Positions 19,805-28,982 of a stretch of 64,000 nt of DNA are shown here, piece by piece. How positions within the stretch are numbered: the first letter of the stretch is position 1; every line of letters starts with the position of its first letter. The translations under genes were made by a program, and so were the position numbers. The stretch lies in the sequence record NC_048182.1; one strand, written 5' to 3'. The notes beneath the pieces are model-generated. The model searched no databases, was not told where the DNA came from, and worked only from the letters and a program-made list of their open reading frames with translations.

Positions 19805-20205
19805 TGGATATATTACTCGGTCTGAGCCTATTTCTAGGTGCCACTTACTTGGGACATCTCATATACAATGATTCGAAGATATGCGTGAAATATCGCATAA
19901 CTGGAAACATCTTCGTTATTACATATGGGAAACGTGTTATCAATATTGAACTAAGAGAGGGGATAAGAATACCATCTTACTCTCGCAGTAAAGATGTTGA
20001 GTGTATCGTTGTTCCAAAGCGCACCGGTAATCTGACACAGATCGAGAACTTCATGACTCGATATAAAACCTCGATATTGGCTGAAGCCATGTTCAGGTTT
20101 AGTGAAAGTGCTCATGCGCTTCCGATACTTCGATATGATCCCATTCAAGCTAAAAAGCTTATTGACGTACAAATTAAGTTGAAGTGTTTCATAACCAACA
20201 TTTAA
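19804..20205 (+). CDS. N-terminally membrane-anchored hypothetical protein
   Basis: Hydrophobic N-terminus; coupled start. Confidence 0.65.
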   Translation: MDILLGLSLFLGATYLGHLIYNDSKICVKYRITGNIFVITYGKRVINIELREGIRIPSYSRSKDVECIVVPKRTGNLTQIENFMTRYKTSILAEAMFRFSESAHALPILRYDPIQAKKLIDVQIKLKCFITNI

Positions 20206-20215
20206 ACAAACAAAC

Positions 20216-20247
20216 CTCCTACTCACCCCGTTAAGGGTGAGTAGGAG
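20216..20247. terminator. Bidirectional terminator between convergent operons
   Basis: 13-bp perfect stem CTCCTACTCACCC/GGGTGAGTAGGAG. Confidence 0.8.
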
Positions 20248-20275
20248 TAATAACGTTTGTTATTTTTTTGCTTTA

Positions 20276-21181
20276 TCAGCCGCCCATGAAGTTCGGGTTC
20301 TGAATGGTACGAGCGTCTTTGTTCATGCTGTCCACAATACCGTTATCTTTGATAGCGGCCAGGTTAGCAGTAACAGTTTTGAAGCCACTCGGTGCAGCAC
20401 GACCACCTGGGTTGTACAGAGGCATACGCTTCATTACAGCGCGAGCAATCTCTTTAGCAGCCAGGGTATCGAATTCCATCAGACCAGTGAACTCAGTAGA
20501 GATTTCACGGACTTGACCGGAAGCCTGTTCAACGTTGAAGCTGAACTCGTAGTTCGGACCTTCTTTAGGCATCTGACCCAGAACGATTACCGCATGGCGG
20601 ACGTCCTGCCAGTTACGGGTAGGCTCGAAGTAAACGGAGCTCATAGAGATCTCGTCCAGCAGCAGCTCACCGGAGTAACCCAGGGTGATGATCTTCGGAT
20701 GACGAATGGTAGGATCGCTCAGCAGATAGCTGATCCAGGTATCGAACATCTTGGAGAAGGTTTCGCCTTCTGGATCCAGTGCCATGTGGCTGATGGAACC
20801 AAACTGACGAGTAGAACCTACAGGGAAGCTCAGGGTAGAACCACCTGCCCAGGTAATGTCGTGGTAATCAACGGACGTACGGACCGTCAGACCACTCCAT
20901 TCGCGAGAACGGGTTTCCATGTATGCACGGAGCAGACCATGGAGATCTTTACCGCCTGGCAGGTTGGAGAACGCTGCTGGGGTAGAGAGGTTCACACAGT
21001 ACGGACGCTGTGACACGTACGGCTGTTCCTGAACGTAACGGAAGTTGTTAGGTGCGAAACCATACTGACCGCCATTCGCTGCGTTGATGATTGGAGTGTT
21101 ACCAATATCAAATGCGCGTTTGAAGTCAGAGTTACCTGGCATTAATGTCAGGTTGTCGCGATGCGGAAAGTTACTAGCCAT
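20276..21181 (-). CDS. Tail tube protein (phiKZ gp30-like)
   Basis: 301 aa directly downstream of the sheath gene; beta-rich. Confidence 0.8.
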   Translation of the reverse strand: MASNFPHRDNLTLMPGNSDFKRAFDIGNTPIINAANGGQYGFAPNNFRYVQEQPYVSQRPYCVNLSTPAAFSNLPGGKDLHGLLRAYMETRSREWSGLTVRTSVDYHDITWAGGSTLSFPVGSTRQFGSISHMALDPEGETFSKMFDTWISYLLSDPTIRHPKIITLGYSGELLLDEISMSSVYFEPTRNWQDVRHAVIVLGQMPKEGPNYEFSFNVEQASGQVREISTEFTGLMEFDTLAAKEIARAVMKRMPLYNPGGRAAPSGFKTVTANLAAIKDNGIVDSMNKDARTIQNPNFMGG

Positions 21182-21194
21182 CTTTCATCATTCC

Positions 21195-23393
21195 TTATTG
21201 TTCGGTCAGGCTGTCTTCGTTGTAAGCTTCCAGAACAGAGTTCATCATGTAAACACCTTTACCGAACCACAGGCGGGTAACAGCATACATGACAGACTTA
21301 CTGGTCGGAGAATCTTCACGGAACGAAGTGACAACTTCCCAGTTAGAGATAACGGACCCGAACAGTTCACGGATACGAGCTTCGGCACCATCTTTAACGA
21401 ATGCCAGATAACCTTCACGGCCAATCTGAGTATCGCCAGAAACTTGGATCCACAGATCTTGCAGGATCTTCTCAACGCAGACACACTTCCACACGTTGGT
21501 CAGATCTTTCAGCACGCTGTTGATGTTGTCATAAACAGTAGGCAGTGCCGGACGGCAGAACTGAGTCGTCGTGATAGGAGTGACGGTGATGGAACCGTTG
21601 GTCAGGTTGTTAGCAGCCGGGTCATCAGCTTCGAACTCAACGAGTGGGTCGTGCATGATGCGCAGGATACGGTTGCCTTCATGATCAGGCATCAGAGATG
21701 CGTACATCTTACCGTCTTCACCACCACCTGCAACTGCGAAGGCATACATGGTATCCAGGTTCAGAGAGAACCGGTTCCAGGTCACTTCATCAATTACACG
21801 GGCGTTCCAAAGGTTGATGGATGCACGGCAAGCGTGAGACTTGTAAGTCTCAGATTCAGGAATCATGCTGATACGAGTATTCAGCATAGTTGCTGTAGAG
21901 TACAGCTCTTCCTGGGTTTTGGTACGCAGGTATTCAGTTGCGCACGGAACCACAATGATATCTTTACGCTTGTTCAGCATCTGAATCATTGCCAGTTTGA
22001 TCTGCTGGTTGAAGCCCAGGTCCCACATGAAGGAAGTACGGTTACGAATAACGTCTTTCACATCCAGGGAGTTCTGGTATTCCAGCAGCCACGCCAGGTA
22101 CATCATCTGGTTCATTTCCCAACACTGCTTGTGGGATACAATTGCATCCGGATCAGTAGTGTCTGCGATCCACTCACCATCGATAGCGTCTACCCAGGTG
22201 CTTGGTTTCTTAGGATATTTACCTTCGGCGTCAGCAAACGGGTTGATCCCGCCATTAGCCTGCTGATAGTGGTTCAGGCTGATACGAGAACCAGTCAGCT
22301 TGTTGGCCACAACCAGAGAACCACCGAACACGATGTTGTGATAAGGTTTACCGTAATGGTCAACCAGATCCAGCGGGTTCATGATGGCATGCTTAGGCAT
22401 TTTGTTTGACAGAATAGTTGGTGCAGTACCAGCCCCGTCAATATACTCTGCTTTATACAGTTCATTACAAACTGCGTTGATGTTGTTCTGATATACGATA
22501 GTCGCATTGAACGGAGCATCACGGTCAGTAGTAGGACGGTTTACATTCTTGCCAGTATAGGCATCGACTGCAGACTTCAAGCTGTAACGAACGTTCTGGT
22601 CAGAGACCATGTCGAACAGCGTAAAGGTGGTATCCGGGGAACCGTTAACGGTACTGAATGGAACACGCAGACCGTTATCCAGCAAAGTACCCATGTTCAG
22701 GATGAACGGATACGCGCCGTTGTTGATAACGAAACGAGCGATTTCATTCCAGTCGGTATTCATGGAATGACCCATAGCAGCATAGCTAGCATTATACGCG
22801 TCGCCAATACCTGCTTCCAGTTCGTAGAACGGATAGAACTTACCTTCCGTACCTTCTGGAACATCTGGGGTAGATGAATCAGCAGTCACAGGAACAATGA
22901 CAGCTTTACCTGCTTCCAGACCTTTAACAGACTGAGTGGCCGGGCAGATCCATTTACCGGTAACGGTCGGAGTGGTTTCATCAGCAACTGGGTTGCCTGC
23001 TTCATCCAGATCGTAGTCGCCGTTTGCATCACGCTTATAGTTAGGGATCTCACCTGAGAAGACAGCAACGCCGCCCAGAACACGTGCTTGCACGGTGTTG
23101 TTAACCAGACGTTTGAAACTGAAGCTTGCTTGGCCAGCTGCGCCCAATTTCATGATTGCTAGTGCAACCGGGTTGTAATACATTCCGAACGCATCAGTAG
23201 TGTCACCGAATTTCTCGGAGAACCCACCTACTGATACCGTCGCGCGACGAGTACCACCTTTCGGGGTGCACATCGCGAAGTCCGGAAAGTGAGCAGGGGA
23301 AGAGATAATAGGAGATGTGCTTGCGAATTGCTCGCGAGACACGATCCCCTCATTAACTACTCTCCCTGGAATCACTTTGCTAAAAGTTTCCAT
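21195..23393 (-). CDS. Contractile tail sheath protein (phiKZ gp29-like)
   Basis: About 732 aa from METFSKVIPG; C-terminal sheath-like FMWDLGF...RKD...LPTVYDN..SVL; position in the sheath-tube module. Confidence 0.85.
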   Translation of the reverse strand: METFSKVIPGRVVNEGIVSREQFASTSPIISSPAHFPDFAMCTPKGGTRRATVSVGGFSEKFGDTTDAFGMYYNPVALAIMKLGAAGQASFSFKRLVNNTVQARVLGGVAVFSGEIPNYKRDANGDYDLDEAGNPVADETTPTVTGKWICPATQSVKGLEAGKAVIVPVTADSSTPDVPEGTEGKFYPFYELEAGIGDAYNASYAAMGHSMNTDWNEIARFVINNGAYPFILNMGTLLDNGLRVPFSTVNGSPDTTFTLFDMVSDQNVRYSLKSAVDAYTGKNVNRPTTDRDAPFNATIVYQNNINAVCNELYKAEYIDGAGTAPTILSNKMPKHAIMNPLDLVDHYGKPYHNIVFGGSLVVANKLTGSRISLNHYQQANGGINPFADAEGKYPKKPSTWVDAIDGEWIADTTDPDAIVSHKQCWEMNQMMYLAWLLEYQNSLDVKDVIRNRTSFMWDLGFNQQIKLAMIQMLNKRKDIIVVPCATEYLRTKTQEELYSTATMLNTRISMIPESETYKSHACRASINLWNARVIDEVTWNRFSLNLDTMYAFAVAGGGEDGKMYASLMPDHEGNRILRIMHDPLVEFEADDPAANNLTNGSITVTPITTTQFCRPALPTVYDNINSVLKDLTNVWKCVCVEKILQDLWIQVSGDTQIGREGYLAFVKDGAEARIRELFGSVISNWEVVTSFREDSPTSKSVMYAVTRLWFGKGVYMMNSVLEAYNEDSLTEQ

Positions 23394-23499
23394 ATAAAAA
23401 ACCTCGTTAATTTTTTTGATCAAAAAAATCAATCGTATGACCCAAATTCGGGCAGATGGTTAACGTTAACACGCATAACATTAATTCAGGACTAGAGTT

Positions 23500-24375
23500 A
23501 TGATTCTAAATGGTTATGAGACTACAGTAGGTAGTCGCTTTAAGGTTAAAGATAAGGTAGAAGAAACTGTAAAGCTTCTTCAAAGCACCAATCGTCTTGA
23601 AATGATTGACAATCGTGGTGTCTATGCTGTCGATAAGAAAAACGATAACGGACTCCCTGCTTTTATCTTCCCTATCTCCACCCTTAACTACATGCGCGAA
23701 CCGGTAACGATTCTCGACCAACGTACCTACTTCAATGGTCAAGGTCGAAACATCAACGTGCCGGAATACAACGTCATGTTACTGGCTTCCATCCTTCAAC
23801 AAGATATGCAACGTAATAACTTGTCGTTGGTTAAGTCGGTTCGTCCTTACACTATCAAAGCGTTTGCTAACTCTGTTGGTAATGCTATTGGACGTACGGC
23901 AACACTGGACATTCTTCAGAAGATGACATTGCGCATCATTCTGGCTCACTATTTCGTGTGCTTGTCTGAAGATCCAAATGTGGATTACAAATTTGTTTCA
24001 GCAAATGCGGTATCTCGTTCCCTTCGTGTCCCTCAGACTCAGGTCTTAGAAATCATCGAAGAAATCGGATTTATCGCTAAGCTGGAAGATCTTCGTCAAG
24101 CCATTGTCAAACACCCAGTACTGTTCCCACTCACCCGTTTAGATTTGGGTGGTTTGGTCGCAGCAGGTTCTTCCGTGTTCTTTGCAACTTCCGGTTTCCG
24201 TCAACTGATGGGTGCTGCACTTGAGATGCCTACTTTATTTACGGCGATCTGCCACGGTGCTGCAACTCAGAAGATCTATCAGAATACTAAAGTGGGTGAA
24301 GAACTGAACGTGAAGGTTGACAAGTCTGTTGAAAACTTCATTCGTACAGTTGAGTATTACTTCAACTCTAAATAA
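23500..24375 (+). CDS. Virion structural protein (phiKZ gp28 position)
   Basis: Divergent from the sheath, as in the phiKZ gp25-gp30 block. Confidence 0.65.
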   Translation: MILNGYETTVGSRFKVKDKVEETVKLLQSTNRLEMIDNRGVYAVDKKNDNGLPAFIFPISTLNYMREPVTILDQRTYFNGQGRNINVPEYNVMLLASILQQDMQRNNLSLVKSVRPYTIKAFANSVGNAIGRTATLDILQKMTLRIILAHYFVCLSEDPNVDYKFVSANAVSRSLRVPQTQVLEIIEEIGFIAKLEDLRQAIVKHPVLFPLTRLDLGGLVAAGSSVFFATSGFRQLMGAALEMPTLFTAICHGAATQKIYQNTKVGEELNVKVDKSVENFIRTVEYYFNSK

Positions 24376-24398
24376 CGTTTCTTTTCTTGGGGTAATAA

Positions 24399-27200
24399 AT
24401 GACCGCATATTCGCTTGAATATACCCAAGACAGAAATCCAATGGTCGATTACGCCACGAAGAACATGTGGGGTAATCCTGAACTCGATTCCCAGTATCAG
24501 ATTAAACTGAGCAGGGTTTCGGGTAACCAGGGTTTCATTAACGATTTCCCTTTCTGGGGTAAGCGACACCTGTTGCCTACCAATTTAGAATTCTATCATG
24601 TATTCAGTTTAGCTGGTCTTGATATTGGGTTCTGGAATATGGGAAGTCGTGGAGAGAGCTGGTATCCACACAATCAGTGGATTAAGGCAAGTACCTTTGC
24701 TCGTAATCGTGGCATCAATATTGATGTCTACGCGGGTAGCGGTTCCATGTGGGTACGTGATGAAACGTACATCATGGATACGTTCCAAGGCGGTACATTA
24801 CTGTGCATCCCTAAGAACATTAACTTCCCTCTCCCTGTGGGTAAAGAACTATATGTACATTGTTACACTGTTGATATCAACACACGCAATGTAACTGATC
24901 TTGTTAAATACTCCGTAGGGTACGTTGGTGATGTTTATCAAAAACCTGAAGACTTTGATCGCGTTAAGCTTAACTATGATACATGGAAAGCTTACGGCAT
25001 GGGTCAAGTTCTATTCTGGCATAACGGTAAAACAAAAGACATCACTAAAGTATCTCCGGTTCCTGGTGACATGATTGAAGCAAGTTATGATCCCTCTATT
25101 GAAATCATTGCGAGCTACAAGTATTCTGAAATGCCTGATTACTATTCCGAACTGGATAGTAAAAGAAAGGTAATTCTATTCCCTGGGTTCCGAGACACCC
25201 CTCGTGTCTACCGTTACTATGATGACTGCATTTATTATGTCACCAACCGTCGTAACGGACAGATGTATTACTTTAACCGTAACTCTGTTGACGCTGTTCG
25301 TCAATTGACTCATCAAGATTACGGGATGTGTGCAAGCTATGTTGATTACTTGACCGATCGTCATATTAATGATGACAAGTCTGGGATGACAACTATTGCG
25401 GACATCGATATTACGGTTGCCTATCACAAAACACTATGGCAGGTTCCGGTTGGACCTACGTCAAGTCGCATTAACGATTTGTATTTGCTGGAAGACCCAG
25501 CAGACATTTTGAATGCACTAACAGGCATTCATTCCTCGATTCCAGAGTGGACAGCTAACAAGCTTGAAAACTCACCTACCAATTTGGTATTGAATCGTGA
25601 TGTTCGTTATTTGAAGACTAAGGCGATTCGCGAAGGTCTTGGGTATAACGGTTGTGCTGTAGCGATGAGTAATACTCCGCTCTATATGCCGTATGATCCC
25701 CCTGGTACACCTAACCACAAACCAATCTACACCACTCCTGACTATACCTCTGGTTTAGGATACCGTGTTCCACCTACTTATGTTGAGTACTCTACAGCGT
25801 ATGAGTATGGGGAGGATGGATTACTGTTACGTTTACGTCAGGTAATCAATCAAGAATGGTACACCCCAAGTGAAGATTGCTTCTATGTCGAATGGGCATT
25901 GGGTAAAGCAACTCAGAAAGTTGATTATGTCGTTTCTCAACAGGACGTCAAGATCAGACTGGGGTACGGGTTCCGAGTGTATAAGGCACCATACTCTCAA
26001 CCGCCTGAACCACCTGAAGGTGATGGTAAAGAGATTAAAGTAAGTACTGATGGGACTAACCCTTACGGTGAGAACGGTAAAGAGATCCGTGTTTGGGAAC
26101 TTGATCAAGCTGAAGGGGAAGATCCAGATATTCCTGATGGCGGTCAAATTACCGGACCTTGGGTTGATATCACTGGTGATGAAACACAGTACGAAATTAT
26201 TGATGGTTATATTGTGTTCCGCTTTGACACCATTAACTATATGGGTCTGGTGGTTACCGACTATAACCATATCTACAATAGTTTCAACTTGTCTCACATT
26301 GACAATTCCTTGTCCTTTGCAATTACTCGCTCTTGGACTATCGGGGATAAAATCCTTGAGATGGAACCAGGTCAAATTGATATTTGGATGAACCGTCATC
26401 CTCTTATTGAAAACGTTGACTACTATCTTGACTTCCCTAACGTCTACATCACTAACAAGATGTGGTTAGTAGAGGGTGCTCAATTCTTCCAGTATCGCGC
26501 TACCGGACTGTCTAAGAACGGGCTGGTTAATTCTAGCGAGCTGGGATTTGTAGCTGACAGTGTTATCGGTATGAACGGTCGTTATAACCTTCGTATCGAC
26601 AGACCGACTAAGACCATTATCGGTGGTCGCTTGTTCTTAACTCAGACGCTTGATTCTGGTGAAGACATTAACCATGGACGTAACGTAAAGGACTATAATG
26701 GTTGGCCTTACGAAGTGAAACACATTTACTGTGCTAATAAATACGTCGATTGGTATGACACTTACTGGGGTTATGATGAAGCCCGTGAACTCGATAAGAG
26801 AATCTCGGATTATCTGACTGAACATGTGAAGTACAAACCGAAGACCGCTACTGATACGGTATATATGGAAGATGATAAGTATCGTCTCTATTCTCCGTTC
26901 CTTAGTCTCATCGTCAATGAACTGGTATTAGGTTTCATGGATGCGCCTCCGGTGTCTGGTAAAGAAGTTCCTTACCCGGCCAGTGTGGTTGACAACTTGA
27001 CACGCGAACATCAGTGGTTGTTGAAATACGACCCAATCGTTAATGACATTGATCTCCGTTTCTTTACGGTTCAGCCGTATAACAACTTAGAGACCATTGA
27101 GGTGACAGCTGATCAGCTGACGTTCATTAAAACTGTTAACGATTTGTATCTTGGCGGTAAGGTCTTTATCGAGGGTTATTTTGAGGTGAAGAATGTTTGA
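24399..27200 (+). CDS. Large virion/baseplate protein (phiKZ gp27-like)
   Basis: 933 aa; begins DYATKNMWGNPELDSQY; synteny. Confidence 0.7.
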   Translation: MTAYSLEYTQDRNPMVDYATKNMWGNPELDSQYQIKLSRVSGNQGFINDFPFWGKRHLLPTNLEFYHVFSLAGLDIGFWNMGSRGESWYPHNQWIKASTFARNRGINIDVYAGSGSMWVRDETYIMDTFQGGTLLCIPKNINFPLPVGKELYVHCYTVDINTRNVTDLVKYSVGYVGDVYQKPEDFDRVKLNYDTWKAYGMGQVLFWHNGKTKDITKVSPVPGDMIEASYDPSIEIIASYKYSEMPDYYSELDSKRKVILFPGFRDTPRVYRYYDDCIYYVTNRRNGQMYYFNRNSVDAVRQLTHQDYGMCASYVDYLTDRHINDDKSGMTTIADIDITVAYHKTLWQVPVGPTSSRINDLYLLEDPADILNALTGIHSSIPEWTANKLENSPTNLVLNRDVRYLKTKAIREGLGYNGCAVAMSNTPLYMPYDPPGTPNHKPIYTTPDYTSGLGYRVPPTYVEYSTAYEYGEDGLLLRLRQVINQEWYTPSEDCFYVEWALGKATQKVDYVVSQQDVKIRLGYGFRVYKAPYSQPPEPPEGDGKEIKVSTDGTNPYGENGKEIRVWELDQAEGEDPDIPDGGQITGPWVDITGDETQYEIIDGYIVFRFDTINYMGLVVTDYNHIYNSFNLSHIDNSLSFAITRSWTIGDKILEMEPGQIDIWMNRHPLIENVDYYLDFPNVYITNKMWLVEGAQFFQYRATGLSKNGLVNSSELGFVADSVIGMNGRYNLRIDRPTKTIIGGRLFLTQTLDSGEDINHGRNVKDYNGWPYEVKHIYCANKYVDWYDTYWGYDEARELDKRISDYLTEHVKYKPKTATDTVYMEDDKYRLYSPFLSLIVNELVLGFMDAPPVSGKEVPYPASVVDNLTREHQWLLKYDPIVNDIDLRFFTVQPYNNLETIEVTADQLTFIKTVNDLYLGGKVFIEGYFEVKNV

Positions 27201-28929
27201 TAAAAATCCCAAAATCGTCTCGGACCCGGTAACTCCTGCAACGAGTACTAATGCGGAGAATAACGGTGACCGTAAGGTGGTTCGTTATTTGGATCAGATC
27301 TTTGATCCAGATATCCACCCCATCGAAGACCGAGCGAAGTACGTCGTCCCTTATGAAGGGGAAGTTGTACACGACACAGCCAACCACCGCATGCTCATCG
27401 TTAAACACGTTGACAAATATGCCACCTGGAAAACCACGTTTGAGAACTACTGGCTTCTGCCGGAAGAATCTAACGATGATTACGATCTGTTCCCTCAACA
27501 TGAGTACGGATTCCTTCAGGGCGAGTTAGCATTCATGATCGATTATTCAGAGCGTCCTCCGGTCGCTCGTGTCGACAGCAATGCTACTGGTAATGATGCT
27601 GCTTACGCTATCATTTATAAAGGCAGTCTAATCAATGAGTTAGGTCTGGTGGTATCGGCAACGTATGAAGGCCAGAATCTGGTCTCTAACAAAATTGCTG
27701 TTTCTCCGGTGATCTATGACAACATTGAGAACAGGACCGTGATGGGTTGTAATACTTTCAGTACTACCCAGAATGAAGCGGCCATGCCAAATGGGACTAA
27801 GTGTACTTTGGTTTATTACGATGCAGCCGGTCGTCCTATTCCACCTACCTATCCCCTGGTAGTGCAGCAGTGTGCTTACATGCGTGATCACCAGTTGAGT
27901 GTTCGCTATGTTAAGTCCATTGAGTTACTGGCCCCGTGGTTTACTAACAGCATGCGTCCTCGCACCATGTTTGTTCCGATCAACTTACCGTTAACGGCGA
28001 TTGAGTTCCGTGCTGTAGTTCACTTCAGCGATGGCTCAAAAGAAGAACATCCAGTTAACTCCATCTCTGGAGATTACGGGTTCACCATTCACGGTATTGA
28101 TCAGTATAAGCCAACGACACCGAATCAGGTATCCGATGCAATCGTTCTTACTTACGCTTTTAAAGAAAGCGAGCAAGCTCTTATTGTACAGCCTGGATCT
28201 CCTCGTCACATATCTGAAAGCTATGAGATTGTGGCGACTCCTGCTCAGGGTGCTTATAGTCCTCGCATCTATACCTATCCTTATTGGGATCCTACTGTTG
28301 GTTGGAGAAATAAACACTTCACTACAGATCTGGATCGTAAGTATTGCCGCGATGTTACAGACATCACAACTCTGAACGAATCTTCTCCTGTGTTTGAAGG
28401 TAAGAAGTATGGTGAAGAGCAACCGATGATCTTTAACCTGAACATGCGAGATGTTTCTGCGGTCTATGAGCCATGGGCATTTGTTCAGCACACTACGATC
28501 ACTCTGTATAACCCACCAAGCAATGTAGGTCGTAAATGGGATGTTCGTCATTCCTATTCTCGTCCTCCATTCTCTCCATTAACTGTTGAATACGTACCTC
28601 AGGTCAACTCAACGGTTCTGGCTAAGTTTGCTGGTTTGGCAGATGTAACGGCATTTGTTGCTGAAGGGTATCTGAAGTTCGAGCCAATGTTCGATCCTCG
28701 TACCGAGGTCAAAGCTCCAGATCCAACTCACTTTGATTTGGTTCGTGTGGATGGTACTGCTCGCACTGGTATTCCAATTGCAAGCTTCAACAATCTTCCT
28801 ATCTCTGACTTGACGTTAGCTGATGGTGAGACTCTGTATATCCGTTGGGTCCGTCGTGACTCTACTGGCGCAGAACTGCAACTGGGTGTATCCGCAGCAC
28901 TGACCAAGCAAGTAACTGCTTTTAGTTAA
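27193..28929 (+). CDS. Virion structural protein (phiKZ gp26-like)
   Basis: 578 aa, beta-rich, lying between the gp27-like gene and terminase. Confidence 0.7.
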   Translation: MFDKNPKIVSDPVTPATSTNAENNGDRKVVRYLDQIFDPDIHPIEDRAKYVVPYEGEVVHDTANHRMLIVKHVDKYATWKTTFENYWLLPEESNDDYDLFPQHEYGFLQGELAFMIDYSERPPVARVDSNATGNDAAYAIIYKGSLINELGLVVSATYEGQNLVSNKIAVSPVIYDNIENRTVMGCNTFSTTQNEAAMPNGTKCTLVYYDAAGRPIPPTYPLVVQQCAYMRDHQLSVRYVKSIELLAPWFTNSMRPRTMFVPINLPLTAIEFRAVVHFSDGSKEEHPVNSISGDYGFTIHGIDQYKPTTPNQVSDAIVLTYAFKESEQALIVQPGSPRHISESYEIVATPAQGAYSPRIYTYPYWDPTVGWRNKHFTTDLDRKYCRDVTDITTLNESSPVFEGKKYGEEQPMIFNLNMRDVSAVYEPWAFVQHTTITLYNPPSNVGRKWDVRHSYSRPPFSPLTVEYVPQVNSTVLAKFAGLADVTAFVAEGYLKFEPMFDPRTEVKAPDPTHFDLVRVDGTARTGIPIASFNNLPISDLTLADGETLYIRWVRRDSTGAELQLGVSAALTKQVTAFS

Positions 28930-28941
28930 TAAAGCATAACC

Positions 28942-28972
28942 CCCCTACCCCTCCTCACGGAGTGGGTAGGGG
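28942..28972. terminator. Bidirectional terminator
   Basis: CCCCTACCC..CTCC-TCAC-GGAG..GGGTAGGGG between convergent genes. Confidence 0.8.
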
Positions 28973-28982
28973 AATATGTTTG

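Noticed and set aside
21084-22409. 441-aa plus-strand ORF, and 20237-21013, opposite the sheath and tube genes
   Set aside because: Antisense shadow ORFs produced by the codon bias of highly expressed minus-strand genes.
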